This document shows, piece after piece, positions 16,499-25,073 of a stretch of DNA of 64,000 bases. Origin of the DNA: Candidatus Shapirobacteria bacterium (GTDB taxonomy: Bacteria; Patescibacteriota; Microgenomatia; UBA12405); contig JAGORQ010000004.1 in NCBI GenBank assembly GCA_018062705.1, positions 2,345 through 66,344 on the forward strand. The letters are read 5' to 3'. A model generated the notes under the pieces. The model was not told the origin of the DNA. It ran no database searches and saw only the letters and a list, made by a program, of their open reading frames with translations. Positions within the stretch are counted from its first letter, which is position 1. Each line of letters begins with the position of its first letter. A program made the translations under genes and the position numbers.

Positions 16499-16885
16499 AT
16501 GAAGTTGGCCAAAATAGCCCAGGTTGCGATGATTGTGATGGTATGTGGCGTGGTCTCTGTAAAACCGGCAATGGCAGCTGCCCCCTCACCTTTGTGTAAT
16601 GGTAATGCTGGGGTAAATACAGCGTTGGGTTGTATTCCAGTTCAAATGGATGCTTTTGTACCATGGCTGATGATGTATGCTTCGGGAATTGCCGGAGGAA
16701 TTGCTTTTTTGATGATGGCTTATGGCTTTATTTTGATGGCCACATCAAGTGGTGATCCAAAAGCGATTGCGGGAGCGCAAGAGACTGTAACCTCGGCGAT
16801 AACAGGATTACTGGTGTCTGTGTTTGCGGTGTTTATATTAAGATTAATTGTGGTGGGGATATTAAAAATTCCAGGAGTAAATTAA
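16499..16885 (+). CDS. TrbC/VirB2-like T4SS pilin family protein
   Basis: Signal peptide ending AMAAAP, two hydrophobic helices separated by short polar loop (..SSGDPKAIAGAQE..). Confidence 0.45.
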   Translation: MKLAKIAQVAMIVMVCGVVSVKPAMAAAPSPLCNGNAGVNTALGCIPVQMDAFVPWLMMYASGIAGGIAFLMMAYGFILMATSSGDPKAIAGAQETVTSAITGLLVSVFAVFILRLIVVGILKIPGVN

Positions 16886-16886
16886 T

Positions 16887-17168
16887 ATGGCAGTAACAAT
16901 TCCACAGGATGCAGTATCGCAAAAATTTACCACGACGGGAAGTATTATCAGTGGTATTTTGCCTTATATTTTGTGGGTGGCAGGTATTTCGATGATGTTT
17001 ATGTTGATTAGTGGCGGACTAACTTTGATGACCGCGGCAGGTGACCAAGGAAAAACTAAAGAGGGTTATGGAAAATTGTCAGCGGGAATGATTGGATTTT
17101 TGATTGTGATTATGGCGTATTTTGTGACACAGATTGTGGAGTTGGTACTAGGGATTAAGATTTTGTAA
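16887..17168 (+). CDS. TrbC/VirB2-like T4SS pilin family protein (second tandem copy)
   Basis: Same two-helix architecture with AAGDQGKTKEGYGK loop; 1-nt spacing from previous gene. Confidence 0.45.
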   Translation: MAVTIPQDAVSQKFTTTGSIISGILPYILWVAGISMMFMLISGGLTLMTAAGDQGKTKEGYGKLSAGMIGFLIVIMAYFVTQIVELVLGIKIL

Positions 17169-17423
17169 AAATATATGCCCAAAACAATATCTTCGGCTTG
17201 TCCCCAGGGGAATAAAGGCTTGGAGCTAGAGTTAGCTTCTGGTTGTTTAGGAGGGCAGTTTGGAACACGGGACCATTCGGATGTGGCATTTTGTATCTGC
17301 TCAAGATGTGAGGCACCAATACCGAGAGATGGGAGATTGATTGGGATTAGAGAAGATGTGCCAAATAACCTGCCAATTGTTCACAGAAGAGTGATATATA
17401 ACTTGGCAGAAATTATAAAATAA

Positions 17424-18146
17424 TTATTTGCCGAGGCGGCGGTCGCGGGACTGATACCACACGATTGATTTTTCAAACTCTTCGGGACTAAAGTCTGGAA
17501 AAAGTACAGGAACAAAACAAAGTTCTGCGTAAACTGATTGCCAAGGAAGATAGCCAGAGGTTCGTTGTTCACCGCCAGTACGGATTATTAAATCTGGGTC
17601 GGGAATACCGGCGGTATCTAGATGGTTAGAAAAAACTTCATCGGTAATCTCGTTGACTGGAATTTTTTCGGAAACAATTTTTTTTACTGCACGAAGAATC
17701 TCGTCACGACCGCCGTAGTTCAGGGCGAAGGTGACGTAAATTTTGTCATTCTTTTTGGACATCTGCATCATTTCCAGAGCTTTTTTGGCGATGTCGGAGG
17801 GAAAACGATTAATGTCTCCTAAAATACGAAGATTAGCGCCTTTTGATATAAATCGGGCGGCAAGGTTGGCTAGCCCCAAACGAAAGACGTCAAACAACCC
17901 TTTTAACTCTTCCTCGTCACGTTTCCAATTTTCAGTAGAAAATGCCCAAAAAGTAACATACTTTATACCTAGTTCTCCACATTTTTCGATAATTGGCTCA
18001 ATGGTATTTAAGGCAGCCTGACGATGACCATCAGTGGATTTTAAACCTCGATTTTTTGCCCAACGACGGTTGCCGTCCATGATGATGGCAATGTGTTTGG
18101 GAAGAACGTCTTTATCGATTTTGAGTTTGGTGACAAAAGGGGTCAT
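17424..18146 (-). CDS. uppS: Isoprenyl transferase (undecaprenyl-diphosphate synthase)
   Basis: HIAIIMDGNRRWAK ... FSTENWKR ... typical UPPS motifs. Confidence 0.85.
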   Translation of the reverse strand: MTPFVTKLKIDKDVLPKHIAIIMDGNRRWAKNRGLKSTDGHRQAALNTIEPIIEKCGELGIKYVTFWAFSTENWKRDEEELKGLFDVFRLGLANLAARFISKGANLRILGDINRFPSDIAKKALEMMQMSKKNDKIYVTFALNYGGRDEILRAVKKIVSEKIPVNEITDEVFSNHLDTAGIPDPDLIIRTGGEQRTSGYLPWQSVYAELCFVPVLFPDFSPEEFEKSIVWYQSRDRRLGK

Positions 18147-18174
18147 AAGTATTTGGTCGAACGTTATTAATATA

Positions 18175-18414
18175 TCATTCTTTTATAATCTCGTTTACAT
18201 TTATAAATCCGATTATTTCCCCGATATTTCTTCTGGTAGCTGTGCCACCGATGGTTTTTTGAAATTTACCATCAAACAACTGACACGCATTTACAGATAA
18301 CGGTCTTCGTTTTGTTATTTCTAATACGACGTGTGGTTGATATTTGGTAGGAAATGCTTTTCCGTCATTAGACAATAATATAAAAATGGTGCCTGCATCG
18401 ATTAGTTTCCCCAT
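18175..18414 (-). CDS. Small hypothetical protein
   Basis: 79 aa ORF. Confidence 0.3.
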   Translation of the reverse strand: MGKLIDAGTIFILLSNDGKAFPTKYQPHVVLEITKRRPLSVNACQLFDGKFQKTIGGTATRRNIGEIIGFINVNEIIKE

Positions 18415-18430
18415 ATTGACATATTATACA

Positions 18431-18460
18431 AAAAAAATCCCCCATTTACGGGGGATTTTT
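18431..18460. terminator. Bidirectional hairpin terminator downstream of 16S rRNA (AAAAAATCCCCC-atttac-GGGGGATTTTT)
   Basis: A-run, 6-bp C/G stem, T-run; same design as hairpins at 57353-57393 and 57968-57997. Confidence 0.55.
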
Positions 18461-18532
18461 GTTTGTTCCATTCAATTCACTTTTAAAGCTAAGATTGTTA
18501 GTACCAGAAAGGTTTTGAGATAAAAACCTCAA

Positions 18533-20025
18533 AGGAGGTGATCCATCCGCACCTTCCAGTACGGATACCTTGTTACGACTTAACCCTCATCGCTGGATTT
18601 ACCTTGATCCGGCCAAAGGCCAGGCTTTAGGTACCCCCAACTTTGCTGATTTGACGGGCAGTGTGTGCAAGAGGCGAGAACGTATTCACCGCAATCTGCT
18701 GATTTGCGATTACTACCAATTCCGGGTTCATGCAGGCGAATTTCAGCCTGCAATCCCAACTGAGGAATGTTTTAGGGATTAGCTCCACCTCGCGGTATTG
18801 CAACCCTCTGTACACTCCATTGTAGGATGTGTGTAGCCCTGGACATAAGCATCATGATGACTTGACATCGTCCCCTCCTTCCTCCTAACAAAATAATGCT
18901 AGGCAGTCTCCGGTGACACAGTAACACCGGATGGGGGTTGCGCTCGTTACCTCACTTAAGAGAACAACTCACGTCACGAGCTGACGACAGCCATGCAACA
19001 GCTGTGTATCACCCTCTAAGGATTCCTCCCTTTCAGGAGGTTTGCAGATACATTTCAAACCCAGGTAAGGTTCATCGCTTCGTATCGAATTAAACCACAT
19101 GCTCCACTGGTTGTGCGCCTCCCCGCCAATTCGTTTGAGTTTCGGCCTTGCGGCTATACTCCCCAGGCGGTATGTTTAACGCGTTAGCTTGCATCCCCTT
19201 CTAATAAATTAGAAAAGAATTAACATACATAGTTTACGGCTAGGACTACTCAGGTCTCTAATCTGATTGGCTACCCTAGCTTTCGTCTCTGAGCGTCAGT
19301 ATATACCTGGTTACCCGCCTTCGCGCTTGGTGTTCTTTGTAGTATCCACGGATTTTACCCCTACACTACAAATTCCAGTAACCCCGATATCACTCTAGTC
19401 TTCCAGTATCCTGCCCCTTTCCTCGGTTGAGCCGAGGTCTTTGAAACAAGACTTAAAAAACCGCCTACAGACTCTTTACGCCCAATAAAACCGGGTAACG
19501 CTTGGAACCTACGTATTACCGCGACTGCTGGCACGTAGTTAGTAGTTCCTGATTCGTCTTTTCTTCATGAAAAAACAAAAGAAGTTTACGACCCGAGGGC
19601 CTTCATCCTTCACGCGATGTCGCTGCATCAGACTTTCGTCCATTGTGCAAAATTCCTAACTGCTGCCACCCGTAGGTGTATGGGCCGTGTCTCAGTCCCA
19701 TTGTGACGGACTCTCCGCTAAGAGCCGTTAACCGTCATAGCCTTGGTAAGCCATTACCTTACCAACTAGCTGGTAGTGGATAGGCCGCTTCTGAAGCGAC
19801 TTGCGTCTTTGGTCTTGCGACCACATGGAAAATTACCCTGCCTTTCGGCAGGCTATGCTCCACTTCAGAGTACGTTCCTATCTTGTACTCACCCGTTCGC
19901 CACTAAACTCATTATCTACACTAAAAGGAAGAGATCCCTCTTAGTGTAGACAAAAAGTCCCGTTCGACTTGCATGTCTTAGGCACATCGCCAGCGTTCAC
20001 CCTGAGCCACGATCAAACTCTTAGT
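18533..20025 (-). rRNA. rrs: 16S ribosomal RNA (complete, about 1.49 kb), not followed by tRNA, 23S or 5S
   Basis: Minus strand 5' AGAGTTTGATCGTGGCTCAG (rc at 20003-20022) and 3' ..GGATCACCTCCTTT (rc at about 18533); internal 515/341/1492 primer-site homologs present with substitutions. Confidence 0.9.
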
Positions 20026-20163
20026 ACAAATGGTTTAGAAAAACCAAAAATTTTAGAAAATGTCTATATTTTACATCTAGACTTCGCTTCCTGGTACTAA
20101 CAGCCGTAGCTTTAAAAAGTGAATTGAATTGTTAAAGAACAGTGAGATATTATAATATAAAAG

Positions 20164-21249
20164 TTAGGTTTGTGCAGGGGGTAAATTTAAATCAGTTATT
20201 TTAATGATATTTGGCTTGAAATCGGGGAAATATTCATCGAAGTTTTCATCGGCTGAGGTAAAGATGGTTTGATATTGATGGCAAATATGACCAACTAGTC
20301 GACGGTGATTGAGGTCTAGTTCAGAGAATATATCATCTAATAATAGTATCGGGGCGCTTTTGTAGGTAGTTTCTAAGTGGTTGATTTGGGCTAGCCTAAG
20401 GGCAAGTACAGCCAACCGTTGCTGGCCACGACTGCCCCAGAGGGCTAAATTTTTGTCAACAGCTGGGAAAATTGAATTGTTGAATTGAAAATCTTCACGA
20501 TGAGGACCAATGGAGGTATAACCTCGCGCTAACTCAAGTGAGTAATTGGCTTCGAGCTTGGCGGGAGTTATTATTGATGGAAAATACTGCAAAGAAATGG
20601 TTCTGACCTCGTCGTTTTCGTGATTTTGAAAAAAAGAATTGGCTGATTGAAAAAATTTTTGACGAAAGTCAAAAATTATTTGACTATTTTTGACTAGGGA
20701 TTGGTCCCAATAAAAAAGTTCAGATCTTTGGGATAAACCAGTACGGATTAAATCGAGGAGCTCGTTACGGTGTTTGAGAGCACGGTTGTATTGGGCCAGG
20801 GCTGTGGCATAGCGCCATTCAGTAGTAGTAAAAACACTGTCGAGAAAATCGCGACGACGACCGGGAGACCCACCAACCAAGCGAATATCTTCCGGTTCAA
20901 AGATAACTGTTTTTAGTTCACCGAGATATTTGGGGCGGGTTTTAATAACCTGGTCAATAAAAAAACGGCGACTGAGAGTGGATTTACCTGGGTTTGACGA
21001 TAGTTGAACCTCAAGTAACTCGTCACCCACTTGACCATTAACGATAGTGTAGGGTTGGTTCCAGTTGAGAAGTTGATACGAGGAACTGGCACGAAAACTT
21101 TTGCCGGTTGATAGGAAATAAATGGCCTCGAGAATGTTGGTTTTACCAGAACCGTTGGGACCGGAAATTAAATTGACATGAGGAGTAAATTCAAGTGACT
21201 TTTTTGGATATGATCTAAAATTTTCGAGGGAAAGATGGGAAAGATACAC
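20164..21249 (-). CDS. recF: DNA replication and repair protein RecF
   Basis: LSLENFRSY...ISGPNGSGKTNILEAI N-terminal Walker A; 361 aa. Confidence 0.85.
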   Translation of the reverse strand: MYLSHLSLENFRSYPKKSLEFTPHVNLISGPNGSGKTNILEAIYFLSTGKSFRASSSYQLLNWNQPYTIVNGQVGDELLEVQLSSNPGKSTLSRRFFIDQVIKTRPKYLGELKTVIFEPEDIRLVGGSPGRRRDFLDSVFTTTEWRYATALAQYNRALKHRNELLDLIRTGLSQRSELFYWDQSLVKNSQIIFDFRQKFFQSANSFFQNHENDEVRTISLQYFPSIITPAKLEANYSLELARGYTSIGPHREDFQFNNSIFPAVDKNLALWGSRGQQRLAVLALRLAQINHLETTYKSAPILLLDDIFSELDLNHRRLVGHICHQYQTIFTSADENFDEYFPDFKPNIIKITDLNLPPAQT

Positions 21250-21258
21250 AAAGGCATT

Positions 21259-21753
21259 TTACCATTTTTCAATATCTTTCAGAAAACTCTCTTTTTCACC
21301 GTCAGAGAATTCAATAACTTCGTAAGTTTTCGGATCTAGCTGTTGGATAATAAAATTGTAAATATTGTCGTACGACTTTTCAGTGTTAACAACTAAGGCA
21401 ACAGGGTTTTTACTGCCTTTATCTGTATAGACGTCCACTCTATTTTTGCCGACAGTAATTTTATCAATGGAACAATCATAACAACCTTCACCAGCGCTTT
21501 CGTTATCTTTTGATGAACTGGTATGAATTCGGAAAAATGGAGTATCGCCCTCGCGACCTAAATAGTAGTCTGAAACTACTTTATAAGCAAAAAATGGCTG
21601 TGGTGGATTTGATTTTTTGTTTTTGGGGTAGGAATATCCGATAAACAAACCGATTAAAAGAAAAACAATACAGAGTGGTATTACTTTAACAATGTATTTA
21701 GAGATAATTAATACTAACTCTATGAATATGATTGTCAAGTGGTTTTTGGTCAA
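21259..21753 (-). CDS. Membrane-anchored hypothetical protein
   Basis: 164 aa, N-terminal TM helices. Confidence 0.4.
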   Translation of the reverse strand: MTKNHLTIIFIELVLIISKYIVKVIPLCIVFLLIGLFIGYSYPKNKKSNPPQPFFAYKVVSDYYLGREGDTPFFRIHTSSSKDNESAGEGCYDCSIDKITVGKNRVDVYTDKGSKNPVALVVNTEKSYDNIYNFIIQQLDPKTYEVIEFSDGEKESFLKDIEKW

Positions 21754-21782
21754 ATAATTAGACGGAATAGAGTATAACGAAC

Positions 21783-22286
21783 CTACACCTCACCAGAATA
21801 AACATTAACAATTTTATTGATTATTGAAGTGGTGGTTGGGTATTGACGAGTATTTATTTTGATTAATTGTGCGTCTGCTCGAGATGCTTGTTCGTAAACC
21901 ACCGATTCGAAACCAAAATGTTGACCAATGGTGACGACGTCGATTTTTAGCTCACGATAAAGCTTGGTAAAAGCTGATGGTTTTAGTTGCAAGTTATTTA
22001 TAAAAACAGCATCAACACAGGAAAGTTCGTTAACTATTTTAAGACGATCAGACTGCTTAATAATAGGCCGGTGGTTGGATTTGTATTGAGAAATATTACG
22101 ATTGCAATCGACGCCGACTATTAAAAAGTCGCATAGCTTGGAAGATTTCTGAAGTAAGTCGAGGTGAGAAACATGAAATAAGTCGAAAGCACCATGAGTA
22201 ATGCCGATTCGTCGACCTTGTTTTTTGAGGTCGTAGGCCATGCGAAAAAGAGTGTCTAAGGAATACAAATGTTTTTGTGATCCCAT
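21783..22286 (-). CDS. Cytidylyltransferase-like (HxGH nucleotidyltransferase, RfaE domain II-like) protein
   Basis: ITHGAFDLFHVSHLDLL (HxGH-type motif), 167 aa. Confidence 0.55.
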   Translation of the reverse strand: MGSQKHLYSLDTLFRMAYDLKKQGRRIGITHGAFDLFHVSHLDLLQKSSKLCDFLIVGVDCNRNISQYKSNHRPIIKQSDRLKIVNELSCVDAVFINNLQLKPSAFTKLYRELKIDVVTIGQHFGFESVVYEQASRADAQLIKINTRQYPTTTSIINKIVNVYSGEV

Positions 22287-22287
22287 T

Positions 22288-22300
22288 TGGTCCAGCGGGA
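22288..22300. repeat. 13-nt imperfect direct repeat of tRNA-Tyr 3' end (TGGTCCAgCGGGa vs TGGTCCAtCGGGt at 29397-29409): candidate distal att site
   Basis: 12/13 identity to the tRNA 3' terminus on the same strand. Confidence 0.3.
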
Positions 22301-22671
22301 GCGAATAACCTTGAACTTTTAATAACTAATCTTATACACCAAATATCGACAGTTGAAAATATCTGGTATGGAGATACCGACAAAATGCTATCGGGCGATA
22401 AAAACTTCCTGTTACCGCAGTATAATTACACTAGGTATGACTACGAATACTAACGATAAATTACAAAAAACAAACAAAGCCGATCTTAAACCTAGAATAA
22501 GATTGCTTGGTCCTGATTCATCAAATAACTTCACTGGCTTTTTTAGTAATATGAGCAAAGTTAATACAAATTCCGCTGATTCAAAGCTAAATGAGACATC
22601 AATTGATGATAATCGCGGGGGCAGAATTGAATTGAATCAAGACAATATCATCAAGAAGTAATCCCCTTGAA

Positions 22672-23892
22672 CTATCTAATGATTATCGTAGGTATAGATA
22701 ATAAGCTAGAAATAAATTCGTCAAAACTAAGTCTATTTATTTTTTGGGAAAACTTGTCTTTTAGTAAAAAGTCAGCTCCCGAATGCAAATTTACTCTTGA
22801 AGCATTTGACTGATCTACTTCCGCAAACATTTCATACAACACTAATCCAACCCCTCGGTCTTGCATTCTCTTTGGTAAACCTGAGACCTCCCACACCAGT
22901 CTTCTTTCTATATTATTTGGTTTTGGATGTGGAAACATAATCCAAGTGATGCCCTCACTACTCATTGACTGTTGCTGTTTTGTAGCTTTATCCGTCAAGT
23001 CACTAAAACTTTTTTCGTCATATGAAAAATTAGGAACAAATCGAAAAGTTACATTGTTTGCATTGTTACTAATGGAATAAACTTGCCTCCCTTGATAGTT
23101 CGGCATATTCACGATCATACAAGATAAACCATTTTGGGCTTTTCCCGTGCTCAATAAATTTACCATCAACTTTGGAAATTCTTTTTTGAAGTTTTTGGTA
23201 TTAGTAACAAAAATCATCACATAAAAATTCTTACTTTTATTGATAAGGTCAATAATTTCAGGAAACAGAATATCTATTTGATCAAGTAACCAAAATTCCA
23301 TATCGGGAAATGTTTTGACATCACTTGAAAAGCCATTTTCTCCCGAAATAAATATATCTGGTTTTCCCGAATCTTTAGATGACGAAAGTCTAGTTGAGTA
23401 TCCGAGATGTTCAAGGTAACCGCAGACAAACAATTCATTATATACGGAGAAAAACGGTCCTTCACTATGACTCAAGAACTTTCTTTTAAGCTCAAGTTTG
23501 TAGTTTTGATTATCCTCAATGATTTGCCTTATAGAACCTAATATGTGCCCAGTAAGCCGAGTGAGCAGTAGATCATTATCTGCCACCGATATTATCAACA
23601 TATCATATTTATTGCCAAAAAAAGTTCTAGCCAAGGTTGCAAGAATAGGATTCGTTATAAAATGTTTTCCTGATATGGCATTTAGTTTTTCCTCAACTTC
23701 ATTCTTTGTGATGCCAATAATGTTTAGTAATTGATCGGTATAATTAAATAAGGGCAAGTCCATACGCAATTTTATCTCAAATATGGTAGGAAAACCGACA
23801 ATATCACAAAACGAGATCGACATCATTTTCCGCAAATTGGAGCCATATATCAAGACAGGTCTTAGTTTGAATAAAGCCTGTTTAGTGGCCAA
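22672..23892 (-). CDS. Hypothetical protein (start probably at an internal Met; overlaps divergent ORF)
   Basis: 406 aa ORF, no recognised motifs. Confidence 0.4.
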   Translation of the reverse strand: MATKQALFKLRPVLIYGSNLRKMMSISFCDIVGFPTIFEIKLRMDLPLFNYTDQLLNIIGITKNEVEEKLNAISGKHFITNPILATLARTFFGNKYDMLIISVADNDLLLTRLTGHILGSIRQIIEDNQNYKLELKRKFLSHSEGPFFSVYNELFVCGYLEHLGYSTRLSSSKDSGKPDIFISGENGFSSDVKTFPDMEFWLLDQIDILFPEIIDLINKSKNFYVMIFVTNTKNFKKEFPKLMVNLLSTGKAQNGLSCMIVNMPNYQGRQVYSISNNANNVTFRFVPNFSYDEKSFSDLTDKATKQQQSMSSEGITWIMFPHPKPNNIERRLVWEVSGLPKRMQDRGVGLVLYEMFAEVDQSNASRVNLHSGADFLLKDKFSQKINRLSFDEFISSLLSIPTIIIR

Positions 23893-24220
23893 TGTCCCAA
23901 AGTCGACGGTCTATGATTTGTATAACGAGAATGCTGACTTTGCGGAAAGAATCGATACTGCAAAAAACTATCTATCAGTAATCACATCGGATATATTTTT
24001 TAGTGAAATTGAACGCATTCGAAATGACCAAAACAAACATAAACAAATCGATCGTGACGATCTTAGGTTGGTCCAGTGGTTTGCTCTAAATCACAAAATA
24101 AATCGCGAAGAATTTGGAGATATAGCAATTAAAACGAACGATAACGTAAATATGCAAATGCAGGAGCAAGTGGATAATCTCAGAAACTTGATGACGAGAT
24201 TGAGCGGAGGTAATAGATAA
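23783..24220 (+). CDS. HTH-containing hypothetical protein (terminase-small/Xis-like HTH)
   Basis: GLSLNKACLVANVPKSTVYD helix-turn-helix; 145 aa. Confidence 0.35.
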   Translation: MVGKPTISQNEIDIIFRKLEPYIKTGLSLNKACLVANVPKSTVYDLYNENADFAERIDTAKNYLSVITSDIFFSEIERIRNDQNKHKQIDRDDLRLVQWFALNHKINREEFGDIAIKTNDNVNMQMQEQVDNLRNLMTRLSGGNR

Positions 24221-24221
24221 A

Positions 24222-25007
24222 CTATTTAATTGGCAAATATATCTCAAAGAATTGTTTTCTTGGGTCTATATTTACTTTTCGATATATCTCAAAATCAGGG
24301 ACATCATTACGAACATCAATATTTATTAACCGACAATATTTTTCCAGCTCTTTCCAAAATAACGACAATAATTCTCCCGCTCCATTGTGGGTGTAAGTGA
24401 TAACTTTGCCAGCATCAAATATTTCCTTTTTGACGATATCTATATATTTGGGATTAATTACCATTCCCTTATTAGCCAACACTGATACTTTTATTAATGA
24501 CTTTTTCGGTTGATAAGTTGGGTTCTCAAAAATTGCCAAGGTTACAAAGTTGTTTCCTTTTTTAGTAAACATACTCGCCAATTCTTGACAGTATTTACCA
24601 ATATCCACATATGCTCCAACCTTCTCAATATAATAAATCTCGAAAGGTTTTAGAGTCTTAATTTCGGGCTTAATTAAAGTTTTATTGTTGTCCAAATTCG
24701 ACATAAACTTTTCTAGGTTATCTAATCCAAATTTCAGACTGTCTATTTGACTCTTAATAGATGCTTTCTTCTCATTAAAGAGTGTTTGTAAGTCATTTTT
24801 ATCTTTGATTTCTTTTAATGTAACGCCTAAGGTGGTCAACAAAAGGATCATTTGGTATTCCAACACCTGTGTCTCTAAATAGTATCTATAGCCCTCTGGT
24901 GATGTCTCTGCAGGCTTAATAATGCCAAGCTTGTCATACCAGAGGATTGTCCTTTTAGTGGTCCCTGCTAACTTAGCTAATTCGCCTGCTGTTATTAAAT
25001 TATTCAT
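24222..25007 (-). CDS. MerR-family transcriptional regulator with C-terminal GyrI-like effector-binding domain (BmrR-like); start placed at internal MNNLITAG
   Basis: N-terminal MerR HTH ITAGELAKLAGTTKRTILWYDKLGII; C-terminal ..FEIY...QFFEIYLPIK GyrI-like signature. Confidence 0.7.
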   Translation of the reverse strand: MNNLITAGELAKLAGTTKRTILWYDKLGIIKPAETSPEGYRYYLETQVLEYQMILLLTTLGVTLKEIKDKNDLQTLFNEKKASIKSQIDSLKFGLDNLEKFMSNLDNNKTLIKPEIKTLKPFEIYYIEKVGAYVDIGKYCQELASMFTKKGNNFVTLAIFENPTYQPKKSLIKVSVLANKGMVINPKYIDIVKKEIFDAGKVITYTHNGAGELLSLFWKELEKYCRLINIDVRNDVPDFEIYRKVNIDPRKQFFEIYLPIK

Positions 25008-25011
25008 CTTA

Positions 25012-25067
25012 TTGACTATAACGTAACGTAATAGGTTATTATAGCCTATATTAAATATATTTGTCAA
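25012..25067. promoter_or_regulatory. Divergent overlapping promoters: plus TTGACT-N19-TATTAT (MerR-type long-spacer promoter for the UvrA-like gene) and minus TTGACA-N18-TATAAT for the MerR gene
   Basis: TTGACT 25012-25017, 19-nt spacer containing AACGTAACGT, TATTAT 25037-25042; minus-strand TTGACA (25067-25062) and TATAAT (25043-25038). Confidence 0.45.
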
Positions 25068-25073
25068 CTCCCT

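Noticed and set aside
16419-16664. 81-aa minus-strand ORF overlapping the first pilin gene
   Set aside because: Overlaps a better-supported plus-strand gene; no features
17175-17423. 82-aa GC-rich ORF as a protein-coding gene
   Set aside because: Composition and Cys/Gly/Arg-rich low-complexity translation look non-coding; kept only as a possible structured RNA in the pilin finding
18570-18815. ORFs 18570-18782(+) and 18627-18815(-) from the ORF track
   Set aside because: They lie entirely inside the 16S rRNA gene
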